From positions 127,968,001 through 128,032,000 of the forward strand of contig OZ024741.1 in assembly GCA_964016885.1 (NCBI GenBank): a DNA stretch of 64,000 bases, given 5' to 3'. Source of the DNA: Eledone cirrhosa. Its lineage: Eukaryota. Each line of letters starts with the position of its first letter. Position 1 is the stretch's first letter. Position numbers and translations under genes: made by a program. Shown piece by piece: positions 14,018 to 27,329 of the stretch. The notes beneath the pieces were generated by a model, which saw only the letters and a list, made by a program, of their open reading frames with translations, was not told where the DNA came from and ran no database searches.

Positions 14018-14020
<3 letters not shown>

Positions 14021-14277
14021 CAAGGTTTAGCAAATAAGAAAAAGTTTCAAAATAAATTTCAAAAAATTCACTGTACTCACTATGGTTACCTTTACCGAAT
14101 CGGTTTCGAGTGAAAAGAACCTTCTGACGAGAGTTTATCTTTTCAATAGAAGGCCGCAAGGACTGTCCATTTATATTTGAGACTCGAAACCGATTCGGTA
14201 AAGGTAACCATAGTGAGTACAGTGAATTTTTTGAAATTAATTTTGAAACTTTTTCTTATTTGCTAAACCTTGATTAT
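14018..14277. mobile_element. Fold-back mini-element (~95-bp inverted arms, ~70-bp spacer) in (TA)n, containing a hammerhead ribozyme
   Basis: 14018-14111 is the reverse complement of ~14182-14275 with about one mismatch. Confidence 0.85.
14119..14205 (+). ncRNA. Type I hammerhead ribozyme
   Basis: Stem I ACCTT/AAGGT; CTGACGA 14124-14130; stem II GAGT/ACTC closing a ~45-nt insert; GAAA 14186-14189; stem III ACCG-att-CGGT; GUA triplet with predicted cleavage after 14200. Confidence 0.85.
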
Positions 14278-14384
14278 ATATGTTCTGGCTCGTTAATTTA
14301 TTAACCTGCCATAGAACCACATTGGCATATGGTTGGACAATACATGTGTCCCTGGACGCTTTTTGCGTGTAGGAATATATACTT

Positions 14385-14465
<81 letters not shown>

Positions 14466-14569
14466 AGAATGAGAGAGAGAGAGAGGGGGAGAGAGTGAGT
14501 GACAGAGAGAGAGAGCGGGAGAGAGAGTGAGAGAGAGTGAGTGAGAAAGAGAGTGACAGAGAAAGGTGA

Positions 14570-14720
14570 ACAAGATGAAACAACACAGGAGAACAATAAT
14601 GATATACTCGTATGTAACTTTAACGCTTGATACAGCAAAGAAAAGTGTCTTAACGTTTCGGGCATTATTACTTCATCGGTAGATAGAATGAGAGAGAGAA
14701 GAAATAAAAAAAAAATGTGC
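14570..14720 (-). mobile_element. Short pLTR-like remnant with degenerate hammerhead (second copy ~17017-17165)
   Basis: Minus strand: CCGATGA agtaataatgccc GAAA cgtt aagac...tatcaagcgttaaa; downstream motif shared with the 47.2-kb and 55.6-kb copies. Confidence 0.55.
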
Positions 14721-15043
14721 CCACACACACACGTCCACACTCACACACACACACACACACAGACATACACAGACAAACACTCACATATATACTCTTTATG
14801 ATGTTTGGTTTAACTAATAGGTAGCAAGGTTCGTGATCCAGTCATTATATATGTGTGCGTGTGTGTGTATGTGTGTGCGTCTGTGTGTATGCGTGTATAT
14901 ATATATACATATATATATATATACATATATATATATATCTGAGTGCGTGCGCGTATATTCACTGTTGATAGTTTGTATATGACAGATTTTTGTTAAAATC
15001 GGGCGTTTTGTGTTTGGTGCCAGACTGGCTAAGTGGTTGTTTC

Positions 15044-15169
<126 letters not shown>

Positions 15170-15296
15170 CATTAAATCACGCACGTACATACATTAAAAC
15201 GCACTCGTACAACCACTGTATACAGTCAGACACATATACACACTATACATACACGTATTTGTTTACAATACTTTATACATATACACATATATTATA

Positions 15297-15337
<41 letters not shown>

Positions 15338-15416
15338 GTTGATAAATGAAACAAAGCAAACAGGAATGCAAAAATACAAAGGCATATTAGGTTCAGGATT
15401 GGAAGAAGTGAGAAAT

Positions 15417-15700
<284 letters not shown>

Positions 15701-15900
15701 NNNNNNNNNNNNNNNNNNNNNNNNNNNNNNNNNNNNNNNNNNNNNNNNNNNNNNNNNNNNNNNNNNNNNNNNNNNNNNNNNNNNNNNNNNNNNNNNNNNN
15801 NNNNNNNNNNNNNNNNNNNNNNNNNNNNNNNNNNNNNNNNNNNNNNNNNNNNNNNNNNNNNNNNNNNNNNNNNNNNNNNNNNNNNNNNNNNNNNNNNNNN
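15701..15900. other. Assembly gap (200 N)
   Basis: Run of N preceded by a long (TA)n. Confidence 1.
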
Positions 15901-16107
15901 TAGTTGTTGTTGTAGTTATTGTAGTTATTGTTGTTATTATGTGAAGACCCTTTGTTCGGTTGTTTAGTGTTCGACTCATGGTCGTAAGGTCATGAGTTCA
16001 AATCCAAGACCGGGTGGTGTGTTATAGTTAAGCGAGAAGACACTTTATTTAACGTGGCTTCACACTCCACTCAGCTGGTAAAAGTGAGTTGTACTTGTAA
16101 TTCAAGA

Positions 16108-16163
<56 letters not shown>

Positions 16164-16404
16164 ATAAAATTTGCTCCGGACGTAACACCCGTGTCTGAAA
16201 GAACCCACAGAAGTAGAATCAGCCAGATCCATACAAGGACCGTGACTCGAGCTACATGCCGGCGAAACATTTGTAACACGAAATAAACTAAGTCCAGATG
16301 CATCACTGATTTTTCGTTTCTTTAGAATATCTACACTCTACTCTGATGAATATCGAGAGCTAATTTTGGCATACCGCCTACGGAAGCACCATAGCTACCA
16401 CTAT

Positions 16405-16461
<57 letters not shown>

Positions 16462-16559
16462 CAAGGTTTAGCAAATAAGAAAAAGTTTCAAAATAAATTT
16501 CAAAAAATTCACTGTACTCACTATGGTTACCTTTACCGAATCGGTTTCGAGTGAAAAGA

Positions 16560-16646
16560 ACCTTCTGACGAGAGTTTATCTTTTCAATAGAAGGCCGCAA
16601 GGACTGTCCATTTATATTTGAGACTCGAAACCGATTCGGTAAAGGT
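16560..16646 (+). ncRNA. Type I hammerhead ribozyme (duplicate of 14119-14205, inside fold-back 16459-16718)
   Basis: Same sequence as 14119-14205. Confidence 0.85.
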
Positions 16647-16825
16647 AACCATAGTGAGTACAGTGAATTTTTTGAAATTAATTTTGAAACTTTTTCTTAT
16701 TTGCTAAACCTTGATTATATATGTTCTGGCTCGTTAATTTATTAACCTGCCATAGAACCACATTGGCATATGGTTGGACAATACATGTGTCCCTGGACGC
16801 TTTTTGCGTGTAGGAATATATACTT

Positions 16826-16912
<87 letters not shown>

Positions 16913-17490
16913 AGAATGAGAGAGAGAGAGAGGGGGAGAGAGTGAGTGACAGAGAGAGAGAGCGGGAGAGAGAGTGAGAGAGAGTGAGTGAGAAAGAGAG
17001 TGACAGAGAAAGGTGAACAAGATGAAACAACACAGGAGAACAATAATGATATACTCGTATGTAACTTTAACGCTTGATACAGCAAAGAAAAGTGTCTTAA
17101 CGTTTCGGGCATTATTACTTCATCGGTAGATAGAATGAGAGAGAGAAGAAATAAAAAAAAAATGTGCCCACACACACACGTCCACACTCACACACACACA
17201 CACACACAGACATACACAGACAAACACTCACATATATACTCTTTATGATGTTTGGTTTAACTAATAGGTAGCAAGGTTCGTGATCCAGTCATTATATATG
17301 TGTGCGTGTGTGTGTATGTGTGTGCGTCTGTGTGTATGCGTGTATATATATATACATATATATATATATACATATATATATATATCTGAGTGCGTGCGCG
17401 TATATTCACTGTTGATAGTTTGTATATGACAGATTTTTGTTAAAATCGGGCGTTTTGTGTTTGGTGCCAGACTGGCTAAGTGGTTGTTTC

Positions 17491-17544
<54 letters not shown>

Positions 17545-17671
17545 CATTAAATCACGCACGTACATACATTAAAACGCACTCGTACAACCACTGTATACAG
17601 TCAGACACATATACACACTATACATACACGTATTTGTTTACAATACTTTATACATATACACATATATTATA

Positions 17672-17712
<41 letters not shown>

Positions 17713-17791
17713 GTTGATAAATGAAACAAAGCAAACAGGAATGCAAAAATACAAAGGCATATTAGGTTCAGGATTGGAAGAAGTGAGAAAT

Positions 17792-17856
<65 letters not shown>

Positions 17857-18025
17857 GAAATATATATATTATATATTATATTATATATATTTTGAGCAAG
17901 ACACTTTATTTCACGTTGCTCCTTCTACCTGGAGTTGCGACCGATAGATAGTATTAACAATTGGAAAAACCAATATATATGTATATTATGTATATTATGT
18001 ATATATATATATGTAATATGTATAT

Positions 18026-18085
<60 letters not shown>

Positions 18086-18135
18086 TAAAAGTAATTCCAA
18101 CTCTGTCTGATTTACTCGTTTTATTTATAGCGCAG

Positions 18136-18183
<48 letters not shown>

Positions 18184-18235
18184 TATGTATATATATATGT
18201 ATATATATGTATATATATATATATATGTATATTAT

Positions 18236-18267
<32 letters not shown>

Positions 18268-18312
18268 TATGTATATATATGTATATATATGTATATATAT
18301 ATATATGTATAT

Positions 18313-18349
<37 letters not shown>

Positions 18350-18609
18350 TATGTATATATATGTATATATATGTATATTATGTATATTATATATATATAT
18401 GTATATATATGCGCTTCTTCACGCTTGAACCGCTTCCTTTATCTAGGACGACATTAGGCAACTTTTTGTTAAGGCGTTAGAGAGTGGTTTCATCGAGATT
18501 TGGTTGCTACATCTAACAGATCCACCAACCACTTCAAGACGTTCTTATTTGAGACAGAACGGACTGCTATTGCTAGCAGGGTGAGATACCACTTCAAGAC
18601 GATAAGTTA

Positions 18610-18850
18610 ATATTAGTTTAGCTTTATTGTTAGTTCGTCAAAGCTCTTTCGTCACACATTCTGTGAATTCCTCAATGATGTTTGTTTTTCCGTGTTTCCT
18701 CTTCTCTTTGCTCTCAATGGATTAAACGGATTAAGACCAAAAAGAAGAGGAGACATACCAAAAGAAAAGGAGAAAAAGAACAAATATCACCTAGGAGGTC
18801 ACAGAATCTGTGACAAAAGAGCTTTAGCGAATTAACTAACAACTAATAAT
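18610..18850. mobile_element. Decayed inverted pair of PLE pLTR fragments
   Basis: gtcaaagctctttcgtcacacattctgtga (-, ~18637-18680) and ggaggtcacagaatctgtgacaaaagagcttt (+, ~18786-18830) match the HHR of the 48.5/56.5-kb PLEs. Confidence 0.7.
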
Positions 18851-18852
18851 AT

Positions 18853-19090
18853 TTCTTGTATAGGCACAAGGCTAGTAACTTTTTGTTTGTTTGTGGGGGG
18901 GGGGGGGGGGGGGAGAAAGTCAATTAAATCGACACCATTACATTACTGGTGTTTTATTTTATCGATCCCGTAAGGATGAAAGGTAAAGTTAACCTCGGCG
19001 GGATTTGAACTCAGATCGTAAAGGGCCATAACTCTATGCTGCAAAGCATGGTGTCTGACTCTCTACCGATACTGCCAATCCACCTCCCTT
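18853..19090 (-). mobile_element. SINE family A, full length
   Basis: Matches the family from the tail to the head ..ctctaccgatactgccaatccacc. Confidence 0.9.
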
Positions 19091-19951
19091 AACTTACAAT
19101 TAATAATAAAGCTGAAGTGAAAAATCTAATAGTGCGGTCTTTCACATTAGTTGTTTTCATAATTGAAATGTGGAATTTTATTCTCTCCTAGTACATATAT
19201 CAATTATAAGTTAATTCTGTTTATATGCCCTGACTATTGGTGTATATGTGTGTGTATGTTTGTATGTGTGTACACGTGTCAGTGTATGTGTTTGTACGTG
19301 TTTCAGCGTGTGTGTTTGTATATGTGTGTCAATGTGTGATCAACTCCACTCCGATAGCAGTGAGAAAGGAGGTGGTAAGGAGACGAAAAACGCTGATAAG
19401 TTATGATTTGGGGCAGAACGAACTGCTATTTCTAGCATGGTGTGCGATCATATCTGCCTTCACGTTGACTCCATTTAAAGGGCTAATTTTATTACACACT
19501 GTGACACACTTGTGACACGCTGAATCTCCCTGAGAACTACGTTAAAGTAGCACGAGTCTGTGGAATGCTAAGGCATTTACACGCTAATTTCATGAACGGG
19601 CTGTTTTGTTGATCGAACAACTATAACACTCATCGTTGAACCTGACGGTGGTCCATTTCAACCTATAAGCAACAGTAGCGTATGTTACGGCTCCAATATT
19701 TTTAAGAGACCCGTATTAAATGAGTGCATATACAATCCGAATTAATGATTCTGTACATGCTCAATTAGTTAAGGTCTGTCCCTGACCTGGAGGCTCACCA
19801 AGCTGGAGCTTATCTCAGTTTTCATTGGCGTTTAGCGACTGAGAGTACAGGATTCTTCCTCTGCATAGGACGGAAGTCCATCGTATGGTTAAATCCCCCA
19901 GCTACTGCTGGCACACATTTTGAACTGGGCGAACTGAAGCAACATGAAATA

Positions 19952-20030
19952 TTGGGTCATCACGTATGAAATTTGTAGAAATTTGTAGAAAAAAGAGAAA
20001 TTTCTACAAATTTCATACTTGACGACCCAA
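19952..20030. mobile_element. 79-bp mariner-type MITE with TA TSD, nested in a SINE remnant
   Basis: TA-ttgggtcatcacgtatgaaatttgtagaaattt ... aaatttctacaaatttcatacttgacgacccaa-TA; interrupts gaagcaacatgaaa|..tgctttgctcaagg (compare the uninterrupted form at ~20611-20640). Confidence 0.75.
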
Positions 20031-20120
20031 TATATTGCTTTGCTCAAGGGCAAAACGCTCTTTCACTACTTGTTCTATTACCACGGTACTATATTTCCAA
20101 CATTAATGGACATCTCTCAT

Positions 20121-20336
20121 AGGGCGGTGGATTGGCAGCATCGGTAGATGGTCGGATGCCATGCTTTGCAGCATAGAGTTACGGCCCTTTATGATCTGAT
20201 TTCAAATCCCGCCGAGGTTAACTTTGCCTTTCATTCTTACAGGGTCGATAAAATAAAGTACTGGTCACGCACTGGGGTCGATTTAATCGACTTTCCCCTC
20301 CCCCAAAATTGCTGTCCTTGTGCCTATATAAGAAAC
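20121..20336 (+). mobile_element. SINE family A, full length with TSD
   Basis: Head agggcggtggattggcag; ttaatggacatctc on both flanks. Confidence 0.9.
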
Positions 20337-21360
20337 GTTAATGGACATCTCGAATATTTGAAATACTTCCGAGATCTGATATACTTTAATTGCACCAAAT
20401 TACAATCAATAATCAAATGGAATTTTAACGATAAATGGGCGGAAGTAATTAATTTTTTTTTTTAGTGTTTCATTTTTCTAACCGACTGCGCTTGAAATTA
20501 ACATGCAAGTGGATGAACATTCCACAGACACGTGTAATTTCACACAGTTTAGGAGAAGGTTGGCCTCTTTCGATTACAACTAGGACACATTTTTGCCAGC
20601 TGAGTGGACTGAAGCAACGTGAAATAAAGTGTCTTGCAGGAGGACACAACGATAGATATTTATATTTATAATATAGAGATATTTATATGTATTAAGCTAT
20701 GGAGCTGAGTTTAATAAATATAAACATCTCTATATTACATACCACCATATAAAACCATATATCGGCTATATTGAGTACACACTAACACACGAGCACTAAC
20801 ATAGCATTTTCAATTTTACATCTTTATTATTTTACGTTTACACAAAGAAGCGTTTAACACTATATTTTTTAACTGGTCCAAGCGTCTGATTACTAGGTCA
20901 CAAATTTAATCGCTCTTAGAATCTGGGAAGATGGTCAAATTTATGCCTTGAAACTTTAGGTAGCGTTTTTGTTTCGTACATGAACATAAATAATAATATA
21001 ATATATCAGCTCTCAAACCAGATTGAGCAGTTTTCCTTTTTCGCATCCACCGATATTTTACTACACACACACACACACACGCACGCGGCGCGCACACACA
21101 CGCACGCGGCGCACACACACACACACACACGCGCGCGCGCACACGCACATATACATTAAAACACGCTTGTACAAACATTATGTACACTCACAAACCTATA
21201 CACACTCTATATACGCGTATTTGCTTACAATACTTTATACCTGCACACTGTATAGTATATTATTCTAAAATATATATGCGCTTCTTCAAGCTTGAACTGA
21301 TTCCTATATCTAGGACTACATTACGTACCTTTTTTTAAGACGTTAGAGGGTGGTTTAATT

Positions 21361-21416
<56 letters not shown>

Positions 21417-22022
21417 ATATATATATATAAAATAAAATATTGTAGTTTGCTTCAAGCATTGTATATAATATATAACGCTGAAAGAGATAGAAGGTTAAAC
21501 AATGCAAAATGGACTGTAAGGTGAAGTAACGAAAAGTAAAAGTAAGTTACCTGGTAATCTTTTGTTGTTGTTGTTCTTTTATCTGTCCAATATTTGGGGA
21601 TCTAAAAGTCACTTCATCAGGGTTTAAGGAATTTTCGGTGGAAATGTTCCAATTTCCTCTTTTTGGGATAAAATTTTGATTTTGATTTAAATGTTTTCTA
21701 AGTCGTTTACAAGCGTTTTTATGGTTATTTCGCTTTCCACAATGAAGTAGAAATCAGTAGGTTAGAATTTACCTCATTTATTTATTACACAATTGCTGTT
21801 ATATGTATTTCAATGTTAACCGTTATGTAACAGTTACGACCTCATCAGACAGCTATTACGTGAACAGAAAGTTATATGAATGACATAAACAAAAATAAAA
21901 ATTACCCATGCAATTTCCATTCAGTGTTATGCCACGGGTAGGTTATTGCTATTATACTCTCAAGCCCTGCTGACACATCTTCCGTACACTACTGTCGGTT
22001 GATTAAATATAAAATATACAAA

Positions 22023-22073
<51 letters not shown>

Positions 22074-22176
22074 TATGTATACGTACATACATATATGTAT
22101 ACAGGCGTACATACATACTTATATTTAAGTAACAACCGTACTAAGAGTGAGAAATGAAATTTCGTTTCATTTTTTC

Positions 22177-22310
<134 letters not shown>

Positions 22311-22544
22311 TGTAAACCCATAGTATTAATTATTCCATTTCAATCAATTCAAGATTTTTAAAGAGACAAGAAAAAAATGTATGCAGTTAAATAAACCTAT
22401 AGTACAAATAAGTTTAAAGGAATATTGTCACATTTTGGTCGAGATTGATAAAATATTGTAGAAGGGTCGATCTAATTGACTTTGACCTCCTCAGAAAATT
22501 GTTGGCCTTGTGCCTAAATTAGAAACCATAATTACTTTATTCAT

Positions 22545-22760
22545 AGGATGGTGGATTGGCAGCATAGGATGAGCGTCGGACATCATGCTTTGTGGTATAG
22601 AGTTACGCTCTTTACGTTCTGAATCGAAATCCCGCCGAGGTTAGCTTTGCCTTTCATTCTTACAGGGTCGATAAAATAAAGTACCAGTGACCCACTAGGG
22701 TCAATTTAATCGACTTTCCCCTCTCTCCAAATTGCTGACCTTGTGCCTAAATCAGAAACC
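22545..22760 (+). mobile_element. SINE family A, full length, directly after the 3' fragment of another copy (~22463-22530)
   Basis: Family match; ctttattcata on both sides. Confidence 0.88.
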
Positions 22761-23074
22761 ATTATTGCTTTATTCATAAGTTTAACACAACAGTTATGGG
22801 AGACAGTTCAAATATTAACCAATGACAGTGCACTGTTAACTGAGATGATTAACCATTTTAAAACATTCCAATGTCTCTCCAGTGAAGTTTAGTTTTCTAT
22901 ACATATACGTTATGAGAAAAGAAGGACCATTGGAAAGAAGAAAACAACCATAAATAGTGACGAACAAAGACGCTATCGACAAAAATTATCAATAAAAATA
23001 AAATAAAAATAAACTGAGAGAGACTGAGAGAAGAAAATAAAATAAAAAATGTCGTAAAAGTTGCAATTTGAGAC

Positions 23075-23362
23075 GACAGCGATTGTAGTGTTGTTACGAT
23101 TCAAAAAGATATATGTTGTGTGGCTGTTGCGATTGAAAAAGAGATCCATAGTTGTGTTGTTGCGGTTGATAAAAGAGCTGTGTTGTAGTGTTGTTGCGAT
23201 TGCAAAAGGGATGTATTGTAGTGTTGTTGAGATTGAAAAGGGGTTTTGTTGTGGGGCTGTTACAATTGAAAACGAGATGCATAGTTGTGTTGTTGCGATT
23301 GAAAAGGTGGTGTGTTGAAGAATTCTGATTGAAAAAAGAAATACATTGTAGTGTTGTTGCGA
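23075..23362. repeat. Degenerate ~33-bp minisatellite
   Basis: Recurring gtagtgttgttgcgattgaaaa, about 9 copies. Confidence 0.75.
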
Positions 23363-23970
23363 AATTTAATCAAAGTTAATGTATTTTGCAATGGAACAAG
23401 AATTCTCGTAACCAATTTTTTTTTATGAATGCATGAATGAAGATAACATCGTTATATGTGAACATTATAGAATATATATCAGTGTCAATTATTAGAATGG
23501 AACAATTTTGGGGACTCCATTCTATCATTTACCCTTATGTGTTGTTTGCAGTTTCCAGTTCGACTAACTTCGCAATGACTATCATTGAGTTTCAAATAGG
23601 TTTACTCTTTTTTTTATTACATTTATTAATGAACAGAGGTATACAATAGAAACATTACTGAAAAAATATTATATACTTTTAACATATTAAACTGAGAGAA
23701 ATTAAAAAAGTGGGAGAGAAAGAAAAATTAAGTAATAAAAACGACGAAAGAGATGAAGAGGCAAAAACTACGCCATTGATTGGTGTATCTATATAGCCAC
23801 CTCATGGGACTCCTTCTTCAGACCGGATGCATTCCTCCATTTTCAATTAAAAGTAATTCCCAAGAAGACGGCAGATTACCGGCTTAATTTATTGGGAGCT
23901 ACAAAATAAATGATTCTTTTTAAAAAAAGAAAGAAAATCTAACGAGACTGCCATTGAAATCAGATAACTA

Positions 23971-24279
23971 ATTATTGACCTTTTCGTTACCATGTTTCTT
24001 ATGAAACACACTGTCTATGTCATTTACCCTTTCGTTACCATATTTTTGATTATTGACCTTTTCGTTACCATGTTTCTTATGAAACACACTGTCTATGTCA
24101 TTTACCCTTTCGTTACCATATTTTTGATTATTGACCTTTTCGTTACCATGTTTCTTATGAAACACACCGTCTATGTCATTTACCCTTTCGTTACCATATT
24201 TTTGATTATTGACCTTTTCGTTACCATGTTTCTTATGAAACACACCGTCTATGTCATTTACCCTTTCGTTACCATATTT
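23971..24279. repeat. 78-bp tandem repeat x4
   Basis: attattgaccttttcgttaccatgtttcttatgaaacacac(t/c)gtctatgtcatttaccctttcgttaccatatttttg; units 1-2 carry T and units 3-4 carry C at one site. Confidence 0.95.
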
Positions 24280-24325
24280 CAAATAAAAAAACACCAATGA
24301 CGACGATGATGATGAAGATAATAAT

Positions 24326-24515
24326 TGTTTCTACTTTTGGCACAAGGCCAGCAATTATCCTAGTACATTACTGGTACTTTATTTGATCGACTCCGTAAGG
24401 ATGAAAGGCAAAGTTAACCTCGGCGGTCTTTGAACTCAGAATGGCAAGGGACGTAACTCTATGCGTCAAAGCATGGCGTCCGACCCTCTACCGATACTGC
24501 CAATCCACCGCCCCT
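24326..24515 (-). mobile_element. SINE family A with 16-bp TSD
   Basis: tgatgaagataataat at 24310-24325 and 24516-24531. Confidence 0.92.
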
Positions 24516-25279
24516 TGATGAAGATAATAATGGTGGTGGTGATGATGATGATGATGATGATGAGGAAGGATGCTAGTGGCGGTGTTGGCGGTGGCGGCGG
24601 TGGTTGTGATGGAATATTTTTCCTCCATTTATTTTCCACTTACCCTTTTCTTTCCACCTTTTACACACACACACACACACACACACATACACACACAGAC
24701 ATACACACTCCCTCTCTCCTCTCACTCCATCCCCACCAGCCAATCCCATTACTTCACACCCACCACATGCCACCCACTCTGACACTACCGAAATTTAGGG
24801 AATTTGATATGTTGACATCTAAAATACCCTCTGACCTCCTGACCTCATAATATATGTGTTATGTTTTCGTAATTCCATTGGTCGGCGACATCACACTCTG
24901 TGTTGGTGGCAGAGGTGGTGGTGGTGGTGTGGTTGGCGTGGTATAGAGGTGGTGGTGGTGGTGTGGTTGGGGTGGTATATAGGTGATGTTGATATGGAGG
25001 TGGTGGTGGTGGTATGGAGGAAGTGGTGTCGGTGGTATAGTTATGCTGGTGTGGTTGTGATGGTGTGGTTGTGGTGGTGATGGTGGTGATGGTGGTGCTT
25101 GTATGGTGGTGGTGAAAGTAATTGTAGTTTCTTGTTTATTGTAAACATTGATATCAAAAGAAGTGGAAGTAGAGAAAGAAAGCGAGAATGAGATGCAGGG
25201 AGAATGATATATAAGAGAGGGTGTAAGAGTGAGCCAGAGAGAAAGGTGAGCTAGGGGCCTGAGTGGGATGAAGAGTGGG

Positions 25280-25360
<81 letters not shown>

Positions 25361-25427
25361 AATGAAAATGAGAAAAAATAAAGTGTTGGTGAAGGAAATA
25401 AGAGGGAGTAAAAAAGAGGGGAAGGAA

Positions 25428-25484
<57 letters not shown>

Positions 25485-25769
25485 TATGCTATGAAAGAAA
25501 GGAGGAAGAGGTGGAGGAGGAGCAAAAGATAAGGAGGAGAAAAAGAAAATGAAAAAGAAAAAATGATGAAAAGAAAGAGGAGGAGAAGGAGAAGAAGAAG
25601 AAGAAGAAGAAGAAGAAGAAGAAGAAGAAGAAGAAGAAGAAGAAGAAGAAGAGGAGGAGGAGGAGGAGGAGGAGGAGGAGGAGGAGGAGGAGGACGACGA
25701 GGAGGACGAGATTGAAAATCAGGTGTCTGATAATTGGTACCAGCATGTCCCAGAAAGAGTTGTTGATGG

Positions 25770-25965
25770 TAGGAGACCAACCCAAGATAATCCAAATAGA
25801 CCGTAAGCTTGAACACAACAGACCTGATATTGTAGTAATATACAGGAATATACGTGTACGCTAAATTTCTGACGTATTCACCATACAGCTTTTGCTATTG
25901 CTACGAAGCAGAGAAAGACTTGCTATAAACAAGATAAGTTCAATCCGTGTATCTGATGGTAACAT
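25770..25965 (+). mobile_element. R4/Dong-type non-LTR restriction-like endonuclease remnant
   Basis: Manual translation IQIDRKLEHNRPDIVVIYRN..ISDV matches the IxTDxxLxHNRPDIVV..D motif. Confidence 0.6.
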
Positions 25966-26534
25966 CTGTGTCAGCGTGTAAATATATTTATGAGGATCTC
26001 GGAAATAAAGCAAGCAATAACAAAAAACGGGATTACAAGTTGAATAACTTTACGTTCCAAGGAAGAAAAGTGGGAGAGTTTGACGTTTTGGATTGTGGTT
26101 CTTAATGAGGAAGAAGCAGAGGAAAAAGTACAGTGAAGAATGTTTGTGGAAGCATTGTTAGTTATTGTTGTTGTTGATAATGATGATGTTGTTGTCGTTT
26201 CAGCCGTTAGCAGGAAATACAGTTTCAAGTCCCTCCTCCGCAGACGAGATGTGAAGAAAAATTTCGAAAATAAACTCTTTGAATTTCACTTGTTAAAACT
26301 ACAACTACAAAAGACGAACGTGAGCACTCGAACTGCTGAAAACAATAGTCAAATCTCCCTCCAGTCACACTCTGAATTAAAAATGGCTACAATAGATAAT
26401 GTAGTTTGGTGTCACCTGCATATGAGGAAAAGACGAGATGATCACGTCTAGAATACTTTAAATAATAGGTCTGCTTGATCAGAAATGACTTGGAGACAAA
26501 CAACAACATCAACAACACTAACAACTAATGGCTC

Positions 26535-26637
26535 TTCCAGCGCATCTCCCTTACCATCCTCCGGGGGAACGCCTTCTCCATTCTGTCCGCCGGGGCTGTG
26601 GGGCGGCCAGCTCGTGGGGCCCCAATTGCTCACCATA
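26535..26637 (+). mobile_element. CRE-type 3' fragment
   Basis: cttccagcgcatctccttaccatcctccggggg..ggggctgtgggg..tgctcaccata closely matches 54751-54855. Confidence 0.75.
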
Positions 26638-27329
26638 CAGAGAGATGGGGAGGGCAAGAGAGATGGAGACGATGACAGTGGGAGTTCGACTCTTCCGTGT
26701 TAGGACACATTACACCTGTCATGAGGATCATGTGATAATTTTATTCTCTTCCTTTTCACTCACATAGATGTAGTCATGATTTTATAAGATTTGAAAGAAA
26801 TTAAACTTTTAATAGCGTTAATAGTCTTAATTCCTCTTAATTTTAATTTTCCTAGATATTCATGTTAAAGTTAGAGTGTGTCCCATTGTCTTAACAACTA
26901 ATGTAAGAGCCATTAAAGGGGCTTGTACATGGTTACTTGACCTGTTAGAAACAATACGTAAATCGCCTTCAAATCAAAAAGAAGGACTGAGTCATTAGAC
27001 AAAGCAGTTATGTCGATATCGAAATACCTCCTGGGACACTGTTGGTTCAGCCATGTCCGCTATCCCTATTTGTGGGTGTACTCAGCTATTTCCACTATCC
27101 CTATTTGTGGGTGTACTCAGCTGTGTCCAGTACCATTATTAGGGGTATACAGAAATTGATTGGACAATGGAGACTGTGCAATATGTCCAGTCTGTCACCA
27201 CACTACACACAGTACGATTCATTACTGCATGTCGCTCATTGACAGAGACATAACAAGAAGTAAGATGGTGGGAACTCGTCTTTCCACTTCTTGCCTGTTG
27301 TAGGATTGACCAGGGGCTAAACAACCTCC

